Positions 36,036-53,250 are shown, numbered from the stretch's first letter. The stretch: DNA of 64,000 nucleotides from the human T2T-CHM13v2.0 reference genome, Homo sapiens (GCF_009914755.1 NC_060932.1); one strand, 5' to 3'. Numbers and translations: made by a program. The notes: generated by a model from the sequence alone, not told the origin.

Positions 36036-37779
36036 TAGGGGGCATAAAACTCTCCCTGCCGTCTCTCCTGCTCTTTCCCCTCTGGCCGGCTGGCACGGTA
36101 ACAGTCTCTGGGGTGATGTTGGAAACCACAGGCAGAGGCTGGGGTTCCAGAGATGGAATGTGCGTGGATTCCCGAGTCACTGCTCGGAGGGAGCAGGAAC
36201 ACCTGCCCACAGGGCAAAAGCAACATTAACTACAGTACACAGGAAAAAAACAGGAAAAAAAAATTTCTGGATCATCTGTTACAGTGGCCAAATACCTTAA
36301 CTAATATCCCCCATAACTAATATCCAGCAGAAAGTAATAAACTGTCATTCTCTATATCAGCATAGTATGGGGAAAAATTACGAACAAAAAATTAAATAAA
36401 AAGATAAGAAATTAAGTTTAAATTAAAAAAAATTTTTAAATGTCATTCTGGCTTGGACAGCAGTCTTGTGGAATTTGTAATTTTAGTCTGTTGCTGAGAG
36501 ACGGACCCTCTGTGAATACACGGAAAAAGTCCTCTGGTCAGAACTGGGAAGCTGAGAATAAGAGTCTTCCCCTCCAAAATGTATACAAAACTGGAGGTCA
36601 GGGGCCCTGCCGCACTCAGCCTGCATCTTGCGGGTATCCCCATTCATGGGCTGTCTCTCCCACTCCACCTAAATCTGGCCAGTCTGTACCAGCAGAGGCC
36701 TGCGGAGGGCAGGAGTGTGTGATAGGTGGGCTCAGGGGACGTGAAGACCTGTGCTAGGTGGAAACACCGTGTGGTGTGTCACTGAGAGACATCTTTGCCT
36801 CCAAAAGAAGACCTGTGCATGCTGTGGCGCAGGCTAGGAGGGCAGGGGGGAGGGGCAGGCCCTTTTCCAGAGAGAAAGCAGATGACAACAAGGCCAAGAA
36901 GGATGGGCGTCGAGCTAGAGCATCCGACCTGCAAGCAGGGCTGCACTGCCCAGCATTCCTGCCACCTCCACACGTGTCTCTGAGTGTGTAAGTGGCTCTT
37001 TTAGGGGAGCCTGCCGTTGTTACTGGATCTGTAAAGGCATTCTGGGACTCTCCACACCAGCTCTGAGCTCCTCGAAGGCAGGAATGTGATACCCCTGGCG
37101 TTTGTAGTTCACGGGAGGCAGCGTTGGTGGATGTGCTGGCCTAGGAGGCTATGGTCAGATCATGAAAATCTTCTGAATGCTGTGAGAGGTTTGGACCCCA
37201 CTCTATGGGTAATGGGGTGGCTCTCAGGAGGAATCTTTAAATTCTGTATTTTACCCCTGAGAGGATATGAATTTATAATACCCCATTGTTCAGCACAAGA
37301 AGAGGCACTCAGGCAACTGACATGAGGAAATACTTGCCCTGTAGCAGCTGCTCACACTACGGTGTAGGACAAACCCAAAACTGGGGCAAGACAGCACAGC
37401 CAAAGGTGTGCACTTAACCAGGGACTTAATCTAAACACAACCAGCAAAGAAAAACTCAAAGCGATCCATCAGCCAAAACCAGAACACCAAGTGGTGGGGA
37501 CGAACGGCAGAATTTCTGACCTCTTGGTTCAGCCAGGCCCCAGTAAAAACCAACAAAAGGGACAAATCAGGGGGAAAAAATCTGTATTTTAGACTGCTAA
37601 TTCTGGAAGCATGGCCTGTACAGAGCAAGACCACCGTAAACATTTGTGTAGCTGAAAGCAAAAGTCAGTATTAATGCTCATCACATAACATGTTTCAGTT
37701 TCTATCCCTTAAACACACACACACACACACCACATACCCCAAAAGCATGGATATCCTGTGAATGGCTGGTTTCTCACTG

Positions 37780-38240
37780 TGAAAGGAAAATAAATCTTGG
37801 GGTCACTAAGCTAAAGGGAAAACTCATGCTGGGAACTGCTTAGGACCAACCTGCCTCCCATTCTATTCAAAGTCACCCCTCTCCTCGCTGACATAGATGC
37901 ATATCTGATTGCATCCTTTGCAAAGGCTAATCAGAAACTCAGAAGAATGCAACCATTTTTCTCTCACCTATCTGTGACTTGGAAGCCCCGCCCCACCCCT
38001 TCAAGTCTTCCTGCCTTTGCTTCAAGTTGTCCTGCCCTTGTAGACCGAACCAATGTACTTCTTACATATATTGATTGATGTCTTATGTCTCCCTAAAATG
38101 TTTAAAACTAAGCTGTGCCCCGACCACCCTGGGCACATGTCATCAGGAATTTCTGAGGCTGGGTCAGGGACACATCCTCAACCTTGGCAAAATAAACTTC
38201 CTAAGTTAACTGAGATCTGTCTCAGATTTTCTGGGTTCAC
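37780..38240 (+). mobile_element. MER4-group (ERV1) solo LTR
   Basis: TGAAAGGAAAATAAATCTTGGG...AATAAACTTCCTAAGTTAACTGAGATCTGTCTCAGATTTTCTGGGTTCA; ~460 bp; CACTG on both flanks. Confidence 0.75.
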
Positions 38241-38366
38241 ACTGTGGTTTCCCCAGGCTGCAGTCCGAGTGCAGTGCTCTGCTGCCTGAGAGCTGGCCAA
38301 TGACAGAGGTCCCTGAAGGTGAGGGTTGGAAGTGCCACGTCTGATGTCAGAAAAAAGGCTGCTTCA

Positions 38367-38686
38367 GCGGGGTGCGGTGGCTCACGCCTGTAATCCTAGC
38401 ACTTTTGGGAGGCTGAGGTGGGCAGATTGCTTGAGCTCAGGATTTCGAGACCAGCCTGAGCAACATGGCGAAACCCTGTCTCTACTAAAAATGCAAAAAC
38501 TAGCTGGGCATGGTAGTGCACGCCTATAGTCCCAGCTACTCAGGAGGCTGAGGCAGGAGAATCACTTAAGCCCAGGAGGTGGAGGTTGCGGTGAGCCAAG
38601 ATCATGCCACTGAACTCCAGCCTGGGTGACAGACTGAGACTCTGTCTCAAAAAAGGAAAAAAAAAAAAAGAAAAAAAGAAAAAAAA
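38367..38686 (+). mobile_element. Alu element
   Basis: Alu dimer with A tail. Confidence 0.88.
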
Positions 38687-40266
38687 GGCTACTTCAGTCC
38701 CCCAGTAATGTCCCAGCATCCTCAGTTTCCTCCATGAGCGTAAGCACAGGCCTTTGAGCAAGGATGGCAGCCAGGACTCAGTCAGCAGGCAGCTCTGCCT
38801 AGCAGCTGATGTGGAGAAGATTTCAGGCCAGTGAGGTTTCCCTGGAATCCAGTTTTGGTTTTTCTTTCCATCCCTTATTCCCTTCTCTTCCTTCTCTTGT
38901 CTGGCCTGAGGAGCCAGTTCGTGGTTCTTTGCTATGGCAGCCCGAGCAAACAGATACAAACTCTTTCCAGGTGGCTCCAGGATGGGCCCTTTCCCTCGCC
39001 TGCCCTGCCATGGGCATTAATCATCAACAGGAGTTGTATGTGTACCATGGAGAGGAAGAAGACATTGCTAGACAAGAGAAGTAATAAGAGCAGAAACAGG
39101 CATTGACAGGATACTCTTGCAGTGGGGATGGGAGGTGGGAGTTAGGATAACAGTGCTAACTAACATTTATCGAGCACCTTCTATATACAGGCTAATTCCA
39201 ATGCAGTATGTCTGCTCACCCCTGAAACAATTCTTTGGAGGTGAGTCTCAATATCACGTCCATTCTATCTACACCCGAGAGTAATGGCTTGGGAAAGTTA
39301 AACGTTATGTCCAAGACTAGATAAGTGGGGAAGCCCATGGGTTGAACCCAGGATCACAATGGTTTGTTTTCAACTTTCCAAGCACAGGAGAATAGAATTT
39401 GTGCTTTAAAGCTCACCCTGATCTTCCCTCGGGGGTTTAGCCTGGGGCTGGGTTGAGCATCCTAGGATCAGCCTGACCTGAAGTTGTTCTTGCCTGTTAA
39501 CCTCCATCCCAGACATGGCCACTGGGCAGGTCCAGGGCTAAACCAGCCAAACCAGAGCAGAGGAGTCAAGGCCAGGGCCAAGTTCTTGCTCCAGTCCTCT
39601 TCTAGAGTGGCTGCTGGCCACTGCAGAGACCACCTAGGGTGCCTGTGCACTGGCCAAGAGATGCAGGGTGGTTTGGGCACAGCCATATTTACTCCCATTA
39701 AAAAGGATTTTCTACACAGCTGTTAAAGAAAGCCTGAAAACAGAACCAAACAATCCCCCAAAATGTTCAGATTCCAAAAAAAAGGCTGAAAGCCTCTTCA
39801 CTCAAGCAACAGCCCAAGGAGAAGGAGCCAGCTTATAGCTCCAGCTTCAGCTCCTACCAACAGTCAGGGACTCAGCTGTCTTGCCTAACTCTGGAATCTT
39901 TATTATCAAATAGCACATGTGTCACTCCAAGAACCATGCCTATGAAGTCCTCTATGAGAACTCCCTTTTTTGCCCCTAAAGGGAAAGGTCCCAAATAGGT
40001 CAATCTTACACGTAGACAGGATCCTCGTGGCTGTTGAAATACAGGCATCGTCATTCTCGTAAACACTTCGACGTGGCATTCGCTCTGTGCCAGGCATTCC
40101 TATGCTTCCTGTGTGCTAGTTAATTCCAACCTTGTACTTCATCCTAACTTGCCCAAAGTCACTTAGCCAGTTGTTGTTGGAATTAGGATTTGAAAGCCAA
40201 CAGTCCAGAACTTGTGCTTTTAGCCACCACACTATGCTACCTTTCTTAAAATATTTGGGGAAGTAG

Positions 40267-40692
<426 letters not shown>

Positions 40693-41566
40693 CTAAGGAC
40701 AAAACTCTGGGGGCTGCTTGCTTCCCTGCTCCCTGCAGCACCTCCCAGAGGGCTTCACCCTCCAGTTGTCCATCCTACACATAAGATGCTTCAGGTGAGA
40801 GGAGTAGATTATCACCATGAAATATTTGTGAATCCCAAAGTTAAGGCCTTAATTTCAGAAGGCCTCATGAGTTATCTAGATGGTGTCATTGCAACGACTA
40901 AAACAGTGGTTCATAACGTTTACTTTGTCTCCTCCAGCTCAACCATGGCTCTAGTGGCGTGTGAAGGGGGAGGCAGATGTAGCTTGCTCCTGTGTCTGGA
41001 TAGACCAGGTAGACACTATCAGCCACCTTGCATCAGTGCTTCTTTGTTCAAGGTCCAGTGAGCTTGGATTTTGCCCCTCTTAATTATGCAAATATAAGGT
41101 ACTTATTGTCAGGGAGGAAGAGTTTAGAGGTTCTTTTGTCCTTCAAAGTCACCTCTTTCAATACATTTTGATATGCAGACGTGGCCCTTGGAAAGAGGGA
41201 ATAAGTTCACTCAGAGGCAGCCTCATGAGACAAAAGGGATTGTATCAGTCAGGATACATTATATAAGATATAAGTCAATGTTATGCTGCAGTAACAAATA
41301 ATCCCTCCAATCACAATCACAATTAAACCAGCAAGGTTCAATTCTCACCCATGATTCCTTGTCATAGTTGCTCCAGAACTAAGGCTGACTAGCCCCAATA
41401 TTGCTGGTCACCACAGTAGAGAGAAAGTCACTATTTCCATTCACAGCCCATTGGCTAGACCTCCCAGACACAAGGGGGAAGCGCAATGCTACCATGTGTC
41501 TGAAAAGCAGAGTCTCAAATATATCTGAAATATATATATATATATTTGTTTTGTTTGTTTGTTTGA

Positions 41567-41746
<180 letters not shown>

Positions 41747-42344
41747 TGACCTCTATAGAGATGGGGACTTAGGCCCCCTTTCTGTTTGAAAATCATTGTT
41801 ATTAGAACTACACTGGCAAAGAATAGAATGGATGTGATGAATGGAATCAGAAGGCATCTTGGCCAGGCCATAACTCCAACCAGCAAAGCTGACTAAAGCC
41901 TTGATTGAATGTTCCTGGTTGAACTAAATTTGGGAAGAAAATATATAATCTCTTAGAAAAATCAAAGTGAACAAATCTAAATATGGATTTTAAAAAAGAC
42001 CATCATGATTAATGATATTGTTGAGAATAGAGAGAGGATTCTGAATCTGATTTATGTCCATAGGAGGACAAGCTTACTTTGGGGATAATTAGAGAAAAAA
42101 ATGGATTGTCACAAATAATGCTTGTAAGCATGTAATGAAGGAAAACTTTGTTGAGGATAAAGAATATTCCATGACCAAGAAATACCTCAGTGAATAGCTG
42201 AAAAATATGACTTCCTATTGGCTGGGAGTTGCACTTTGCACTTGTGACATGGGCTAAGGGTGTGGGAGCACTCAGCCCTCTAGGAAATTTACCAGACGCT
42301 AGAAATAGGAACTTCAGACCAGTTTACAAAATACTGTTCTTGGT

Positions 42345-42645
42345 GGGCAGCTGTGGTGGTGCATGCTTTTAATCCCAGCACTTTAGGAGGCTGAGGTGGG
42401 CAGACTGTTTGAGCTCAGGAGTTCAAGACCAGCCTGGGCAACATGGTGAAAACCCATCTCTACCAAAAATACAAAAATTAGCCTGGCTTGGTGGCGTGCA
42501 TCTAGGGTCCCAGCTACCCAGAGGTTGAGGTGGGAGGATCACCTGAGCTTGTGGAGGTTGAGGCTGCAATGAGCCCTGATGGCACCACTGCACTCTGGCC
42601 TGGGTGATAGATTGAGATCCTGTCTCAAAAAAATTAAAAAAAAAA
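42345..42645 (+). mobile_element. AluJ-like element
   Basis: Diverged Alu dimer. Confidence 0.85.
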
Positions 42646-42993
42646 GGAAAAGGAAGGAAGGAAGGAGAAATGGAGGGAGGGAGGAACGAAGGAAAGAAAG
42701 GGAGAAAGGAAAGAGGGAAGGGAGGAAGGAGGGAAGGAGGGAGGAAGGAATGAAGGAAGGAAGGAGGGAGGGAACGAATGAAGGGAGGAAGGAAGGAATG
42801 AAGGAAGGAAGGAAGGAGAAGGAAGCAAGGAGGGAAAGGGGGAGGGAAGGAAAGAAGGGAGGGAGGAAGGAAGGGAGGGAGGGAGAGAAGGAAAGAGGAA
42901 GGAGAGAAGGGAGGGAGGGAGGAAAGAGGGAAGGGAGGAAGGGAGGAAGGGAGGGAGGGAGGGAGGAAGGAAGGAAGGAAAGGAAGGAAAAAA
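42636..42993. repeat. ~350-bp near-pure purine (GGAA/GGGA)n tract
   Basis: Directly visible; extends from the Alu tail. Confidence 0.95.
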
Positions 42994-43044
42994 ATACTGC
43001 TATTGGTGTATTATGATGGAATAATATAGACTGACATGTTGACC

Positions 43045-43417
43045 AATGCTATGATCCTTCCCAAAATTCATATGTTAAAGTCCTAACCCCAGTACCTCAG
43101 AATGCGACTGTATTTAGAAATAGGATTCAAAAGAGTTAACTAAGGGTAAATGAGTTCACTGGAACAGGCTCTAATTCAATATGACTGGTATTGTTAAAAG
43201 AAGAGATCAGGGCACAGACACAGGAGGAAAATCATGTGAAGACACAGGGAGAAGATGGCCACCCACAAGGCAAGGAGAGAGGCCTCAGGAGAAACCAATC
43301 CTGCTGACATCTTGATCTCGGCCTTCTAGCCTCTGGAAGTGTGAGGAAATAAATTTCTGTTGTTTAACCTACCCAGTCAGCGGTTCTTTGTTATGGCAGC
43401 CCTAGCAAACTAATACA
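43045..43417. mobile_element. MLT1A-type LTR
   Basis: CCCAAAATTCATATGTTAAAGTCCTAACCCCAGTACCTCAGAATG...GCAGCCCTAGCAAACTAATACA. Confidence 0.8.
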
Positions 43418-43687
43418 ACCAGTATACCAGACACTCTTCTATTTTAAAAAAAGGTAATCAAAGCTTAGAAGTTTCAATACTATTGTCCCAATTCGTAGAA
43501 ATCTCTGGAATCTATATGTTCATTGTTCCTCTGTCTTGCCACTTCCCAAAATATATTGTCCAATTAAAGAGCTAAAGTCAGCATGGAAACTGGACTAAAC
43601 TGAACATTGTCTTTATTTCAGGGCTTTGGGGTCTTACTGCCTACTCTGTAGAAATACTTCACTGCTTTTAATATCCATTGCTAAGTC

Positions 43688-44205
43688 TGTGTTAGCAAAT
43701 TATCCCAAAATGTAGTGGCTTAAGATAATTATATACATTTGTTATCTATCACAGTTTCTGTAGGTCAAGAATCGGGGATGGCTTAGCTACATTGTTCTGG
43801 CTCAGGGTTGTCAGAGGTTACAGTCAAGATATCAGCTAGGGTTGCCGTCATCTGAAGGCTTGATTGAGGCTGGAAGATCTACTTCCAAGTAGCTCTCTCA
43901 CTTGGTTGGCATCGTGGTGCTAGCTGTTGGCAAAAGGTGTAGTTCTCAGCATGTAGACCTCCGCATAGACCTGCTTGTGCATCCTCACAACATGACAACT
44001 GGCTTCCCTCAGAGTGAGTGATCCAAGACGGATCATGCTGGAAACAATAATATCTTTTATGAGGAGTCTTGGAAATTACACACCATTGTTTCTACACCAT
44101 CCTACTGGTTATATAGATCAACTCTAGTCAAAATGAGCAGACACTACATGAGGACATGAATATCCAAGAGCAAAAATTATTGGGTGCCATCTTGGAAATG
44201 AGCTG
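43688..44205. mobile_element. Older MLT1 LTR
   Basis: CACAGTTTCTGTAGGTCAAGAATC...GTCATCTGAAGGCTTGATTGAGGCTGGAAGATCTACTTCCAAG. Confidence 0.65.
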
Positions 44206-46021
44206 CTTCATTGCTTCATCCCAATTTTGTGAACATTTGGAATTTGACCTTCCTCCCTAACAGGGACCACAACATGACAATTTCTATACTGATGTCGGAT
44301 GCTGCCCCACCTATAGGGGCCTTTTCTGTCTTAATAATTGATCTGAGTTGTGACAGTGCAATACCCACCATTGATATTTGGGCAGCCCTCTTAATGTTTG
44401 AACCCCCTCCCTCCACTGCCAACACCCCCCCGACACACACACACACAGAGTTTTCAAGCCTAATTCTATCTTGAGAAACAGGTTAGATGAGCGTTATAAC
44501 CTCATTGTATAGATACTGAAACAAAGCTGTGAAATAGTGAAATTGCTTACTTAGCTTACATTTGTAGCCAGCATAGAAGTGACACCAGCATGATGGCCCC
44601 ATGACCCCAGGAGAAGCTTCCTTTCACAAGGCCACACTGTTTTACTTTGTCTAGTGGTAATAAACACTCAGTGCTTGTATTTATCTTTTCAATGAGATTG
44701 TGCAAACTAAAAGGGTGCCTTTTTGAAACTGATATTCAAGCTTCACACAGCTTAATCAGAGAAATAGGAAACTGCTTCTACCACAGCCTGGGTCATCCTT
44801 TCTTCACTTCACGTTATGTCTTAACTTTTCTTCTCAGAATTTTATATAGATTTTTCTAAACCCAGGCTGTGCCTCCAATTTAGAATTAAAATTTAGAATT
44901 AAAAATTAAATTCTTCCAAGAAAATGAAAGAAAGATAAGGTGTCATCTTTTTATATTTTGGGGCATTTTCTCCCTTTCAGCATCTTGCTGCCAAGCTGGT
45001 CAATCAAGGTCATGCAGGGATTGTTGGCATCCATGGTAGAGAGCCATGAATTTCTAATCTCTGTCAAGATCAGGATGCCAACTGGCAGGGGAAGCTTAAA
45101 ACAACAGACGGCTCCATTTAGTTTTATCCCTTCCGTTAGAATAAGCCAAAGATGAGAGAGTTATGCTTCCTTGGAATTCTGTGTCTGTCAATTTGAGGCC
45201 GCATTATGTGGGCAGACCTGGCACAGGTGTGGCCTGATGATTTCCTTGGGGCAGAGATGTTTTTGTCACTCATGCTGATCTTCATTCCCTTGGGATTTTG
45301 AATTCCTAGAGCTCTGGGCATAACTTTATATCATTTTTAGCCCATGCTTGATGGGGCATCTGAGATTGGGCACTTTATCATGAATGAATGAACTAAATTC
45401 AGACTTGGAGAATTCCCTCAAGCTGGGATCATTATAAAGAGAACAAAGGGATTTCAGTAAATTGACGAACTCAGTTCATACATTGGAGGCTTCTATGGTA
45501 ACTCTACCCAAATGTATGCTTTCTAATTAAATGATGAGTACTCATGCTCTAGCTTTCCTCAGCAAATGGCCATGTTTTCATGCTTTGTGCTTTCCTTCCC
45601 ATTAGATTGGCCTCGCTGCAATGAGATTTACTGTAAATGGGTTACCCAAATAATTACCATACATAGGTAGAAATGTGGGCACTCTGGGTATCAAAATTCT
45701 CTAATCATCCAGTTCTAGGTGGCTTCCCTTTTTTAGAATTGGCAGCCACCCTCAGTGGGCATTCTAAAGCATCCACTGCCATGCGTGTGTTCCTGGACAC
45801 GGGTGCTGCTATGGTGCCAGCAAACATCGAATGCACTATAGTTTCCAGGGGCTTTTGTGTACAAAACCTTATTTGAACTTGTCAGTAGCTTGATAAGCTG
45901 AGTAGGGCAGGTGCATTTAGCCTCATTTTTAAAGGTAGACCCAGACCCAGAATGATAAAGCAAGTTTCTTAAGGAATAAACTAGTTATCAGTGTAACCAG
46001 GACTAGAATCCAGGTGTGGTG

Positions 46022-46910
46022 TTTTGTTTGTTTTTGTTTGAGACAGGGTCTCATTCTGTCACCCAGGCTGGAGTGCAATGGTGTGGTCACAGCTCGGCAG
46101 CCTCCCAGTCTCAAGTGGTCCTCCCACCTCAGGCTCTTAAGCAGCTAGGACTACAGGTGCGCACCACCATGCCTGGCTAATTTTTTATTTATTATTTTTA
46201 TGTATGTATTTATTTATTTTTACTTAATCCCCAATGTGATGGTAATGCCTGGCTAATTTTTTCTTTCTTTTTTTTTTTTTTTTTTTTTTTTTGTCCAGAT
46301 GGGATGTCCCTATGTTGCCCAGGCTGTTCTCGAGCTCCTTGGGCTCAAGCAATCCTCCTGCCTTGGTCTTCCAAAGCATTAGGATTACAAGTGTGAGCCA
46401 CCACACCTGGCCCATGGTAGGTAATTTTATGTGACAACTCGATTGGGCCACAGGATGCCCATATATGTGGTCAAACGTTCTGGGTGTGTGTTTGAGGGTG
46501 TTTCTGGAGGACATGAACGTGTGGATTGGTAGACTGGGGACAGCAGATTGCCCTCCCCAATGGGGATTGGCCTCATCCAATCAGTTGAAGGCCTGAATGA
46601 AGCAAAAGGCTAAGTAAGAGGAACCCTTGATACCTGACTGCCTTCGAGCTGGGACTTTATTTTTTTTCCAGCCTTTGTACTCAGATTGAAACATAGACTC
46701 TTCCTGGTTCTTGAACCTGCTGGCATTTGGACTAGAACTACACTTTTGGTTCTTCTGGGTCTCTAGCTGGCTGACTGCTGATCTTGGGACTTGTCAGTCT
46801 CCATAATTACATGACCTGATTCCTTTTATTCAGTTTCATATAAGGAATACATATGTATACATGTTCTGTTTGTTCCATTGGTTCTATTTTTCTGGGAGAA
46901 CCTTAATATA
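46022..46910. mobile_element. Alu pieces (46022-46392, -) followed by an MLT2 (ERVL) LTR (~46395-46910)
   Basis: AATTTTATGTGACAACT...CAGATTGCCCTCCCCAATG...CATCCAATCAGTTGAAGGCCTGAAT. Confidence 0.8.
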
Positions 46911-47569
46911 CCAGGTCTTTTAATTTGATCATTTTGATCTTTTGATCTTTCCCTGATACTGACACCTCCAGGGCACAGTTACCTGTGTAAAAAATTAGAG
47001 GCAGTGCTCTTCGAAAATCAACTTTATCATTTCTCAAGCTCTGCTTAAGTTGGTCAGCAAAATGCCAGGACTGGATTAAGGCATCAGAATAAAATTCCCT
47101 TAAGGTGTTGCCCAGAAGATCTCGTCTAGTTCCAGGGCTCTGCTGATGTCCAGTGCCCTTGATGGAAGTCTCCATTTCTGTCTCTGCCTTATTCTGAAAG
47201 TCTTCTAAAGAGAAAGGGTAGGGTAAGAGCCAAGGCAACACTTTTCAGCCCTTCCAGGCTGAAGCATTAGACTCACACGAAGGGACTTAGTGAGCCTAGT
47301 GTATGTGTCTTGATCAGATTTCTTCCCTGCCCCCTTAAAAATGCAATGAAGAGAATTCAAATGCCATGAGACTCTTTAAGAGTCTGGAAGGTGGAATAAA
47401 TGGTCCTTCCAGCACTAGCAAAGAATAATGGGAACAAGAAAAAGGCAATCTTCAGCTTCTCGTCTCCTTTTTCTATATCCCGCATGTAACAACTTCTTAG
47501 TTGTTCTCCCTCCCTAAAATTGCACAGGCCTCTTCACGGCTCAACTTTCAGTTTGGCAAAATTGTTAAG

Positions 47570-49657
<2,088 letters not shown>

Positions 49658-50515
49658 TTAGATCCTGCTTCAACGTTCAACTCAAAAACAGTAACTCTAT
49701 TTACAAGATTCCTAAGGAAAGATCTCAGATACCAACTAGGACTGCAAAGAATACGGCCAACGGGTGGCATAGTTTCATGGGCCACATCATTACAAGGGAC
49801 TGAGCATTGGGGGAGGCAGAGAATATTTCAGTCATCTTCCTCCATTCCCACTTCTGGACACCTGCCACCATGAAAAGCTCTAAAGCAAGAGGATGGTCCA
49901 GGTGCCCAACACCAAAGCTACACCAGAGGCCAGAATGGCAAAGCCTCTCTCCAGCAGCTATGTCATACTCATGTGGTATTAAGTTTCCAAGAAAAGTAGC
50001 AACAGGTGTACAGATGTCCTGAGAAACCTGTCCTACAACTGCTGCCAAGTGAGTACACGGTCCCTTACCATGGTGTTTATTCAACAATGAGGCAGACTCT
50101 AGGTCACTGGTTAAGTTGGGCATTGTGGAAGATGTTCTCCTGACCACAAGGGGATTTCAGTGCAAGCTAAAATAGTAATCTACAAAATTATACTCTATAC
50201 ACCAAGTAGCATTTACAGCCCTTAGTTCCTTCCACTGATGAGTGACTAACAAGTGTTTCTCTTCAGAGGTGGATTACTTTTCATGAGGCTTAAGTACCAA
50301 TATGTTTATTGCATTTAAGGTATCACTTAATTGTCTAACTTCTAGAGGTAAGCAATTTACTCGCTATTTAATAAGTCAGCCTTCTTTTCATTTGCCACGG
50401 CAGTTTCATTGCTTGTAATTATTCACTGTGGTGTTCCCTTTAACTTGAATACTACTTAACAAGATTTCGTTAATATCAAAATATTGTTAAATATCAAAAT
50501 ATTCAAGAATGTTTA

Positions 50516-50794
<279 letters not shown>

Positions 50795-51022
50795 TTAAAT
50801 GTGTTTTCTTAGAACTGGCTGGTTCACATATTACCTCACCAAATAGATATTTGGCCTCACTTTGTATACTCTCTAAATGGATTCATGTTAAAGACATACT
50901 CCTACAGTTCTAAATTTGAATGAGACCCTTAGAGAAATTCAGACACTAAGTCCTTGGATAATATAAGTGATCAATGTCAAGGTGAGAGTTGAGAATGGTT
51001 TTTAAGAAATGCAATGACCATT

Positions 51023-52375
51023 CCATATACCAAAGGGAATTCTTTATTGTAAACAAGATATAAAGTACAACAAAAGAAATATTGTGCAAATTGTAAGTCA
51101 CAAGGATTTTTTTTAATTAAAACTTTTGTTTTCCAAGGGTCCAAGTTTTGATGTCAGAAATCTACACCCAATATACAAAAACAATGTTAAATGGGAAGAT
51201 ATAGTGACATTTTTCACTATATATTTTAAGCAATGTACTTTTGTTTTGCCACTGTGTATATCATCCACTATATAACAGAATAAAAGAGAAATACTGTTAA
51301 CAAAAGTGAATGTTCTAATAATTTTTCTACCCAACTACCTCCACATCCCCAAAAAACGCCTATAAATTAACAGGACAACATCAACATTTGTCCACCTGTG
51401 AATAATGGTCACTAATTTTCTAATTCAATAAAGCACACATTATATCCTCATAACATAAAGGTACTTTACTGATGACATAAGCCATCTTTTTCAAGAAGTT
51501 ATCTAAGATTCTTAATATCCCTTCTTTACAATATATATTTCATCTTCAGTTTTTTTTCTAAACAAAGTGCAGTGTATCTTAGAGTCTACAGAAAACACAT
51601 TGGTATACAATTTTCAAATCTACACAAGAAACTGCAGGCAAACTAAAGTTCAAAGCATAATGAAATGCCTAGATACAGTCATTTGTTAAACTTTCAAAAC
51701 AAAAATGCAAAAACAAATTGTAGCTATGCTTCAAAGCAATTAAATTAAGGAGGATTCCAATTCTTTGGGCCCTCTTAGCAATATACAGTCGTTCAATTCC
51801 AAATATTCACAATAGTGTAAAAATGATAGTTCTAGATATATTTAATCACTACATCCACGATGTTGACTGGAAAGACTAGGAATAATAAAGAAGATAACTC
51901 TAGAAAAAGATGACAATATTTGTAATAATACAAACTCATTTTACATCTCCATGTCTGTACCGTAATGTTTATTTCCTTCCAGCCTCCATATTCTTGAAAC
52001 CAGTGCTTTAGAAGAATCACATTGAAAAGTTGGTCTCAAGTATAAACAGCAAAAGTAAAGTAACAAATATGCACACAGATTCAAAATCTGTGCTACCTGT
52101 GTTGACCTCATCTGAAACCTTCAAAAAATATTCAAAGGAATAAAAGCTTTCTCATCTCTCTTATGTGATAAGAAATGAAACCTGCCTTTCTGTGACCTGC
52201 CTGTGGCCGAAGCCCTTTTAGTCACCTAACCCAGGCGGGGCCTTCGTGCCAGGCTGTGGGGCTTCTGCTTTAAGCCCACGTTGTGGGGCCACAGACTTGC
52301 AGTGGAAGCATTTTTACATCACCACTGGCTCCCGCTGAGACCAAAGTTAGTTCTGACTCTTCACTTTCCGGTCTG
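51023..52375 (-). other. KLF10: KLF10 3' UTR (AU-rich, free of recognisable repeats)
   Basis: Unique AT-rich sequence between the stop codon and AATAAA; 3' end estimated ~20 nt after the signal. Confidence 0.8.
51043..51048 (-). terminator. KLF10 polyadenylation signal AATAAA
   Basis: Plus-strand TTTATT at 51043-51048, near the end of the unique AU-rich block. Confidence 0.8.
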
Positions 52376-52726
<351 letters not shown>

Positions 52727-52843
52727 TTAAATAATAAAAGCTAATAAATCAAACTGTCAAATGAATATGAGATATGTATTGCTCCAATTTCAACTTGTCA
52801 CTTGATCACATTTACAAAACTCTTCCCCACATGAAATAAGGCA

Positions 52844-53250
52844 GCCGGGTGGAGTAGTAGGCACCTGTAGTCCCAACTACTCAGAAGGCTGGGGCAGGAG
52901 GATAGCTTGAGCCCAGAAGTTTGAGACCAGTTTGGGCAACAGAGCAGTTTTTTTTCATCCCTTAAAAAAAGCCAAAAATGAAAAGACTTCCTGACTTTAA
53001 CTATGATTCAAAGGCTTTAAAGATACCTTATTAAAGTAACTACTCAGACATCTACAGAATCATCATTTGAGAGACTGAAACAAAAGCACATCAATAAAGT
53101 ATTTACATACTTATTTTTAAATTATTTGTAGAGATGAGGTCTCAGTATGTTGCACAGGCTGGTTTTGAACTCCTATGCTCAAACAATCCTCCCACCTTGG
53201 TCTCCTAAAGTGCAAGGATTATGGCACTCGTGAGCGGCCTCCAATACAGC
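52844..53250. mobile_element. Two opposite-orientation Alu monomers (FLAM/FAM-like) in KLF10 intron 3
   Basis: 52844-52945 plus; ~53118-53250 minus. Confidence 0.75.

Noticed and set aside
42579-43016. 145-aa R/E/G/K-rich ORF (and similar ORFs at 8323 and 10775)
   Set aside because: Translation of purine microsatellites and Alu tails.
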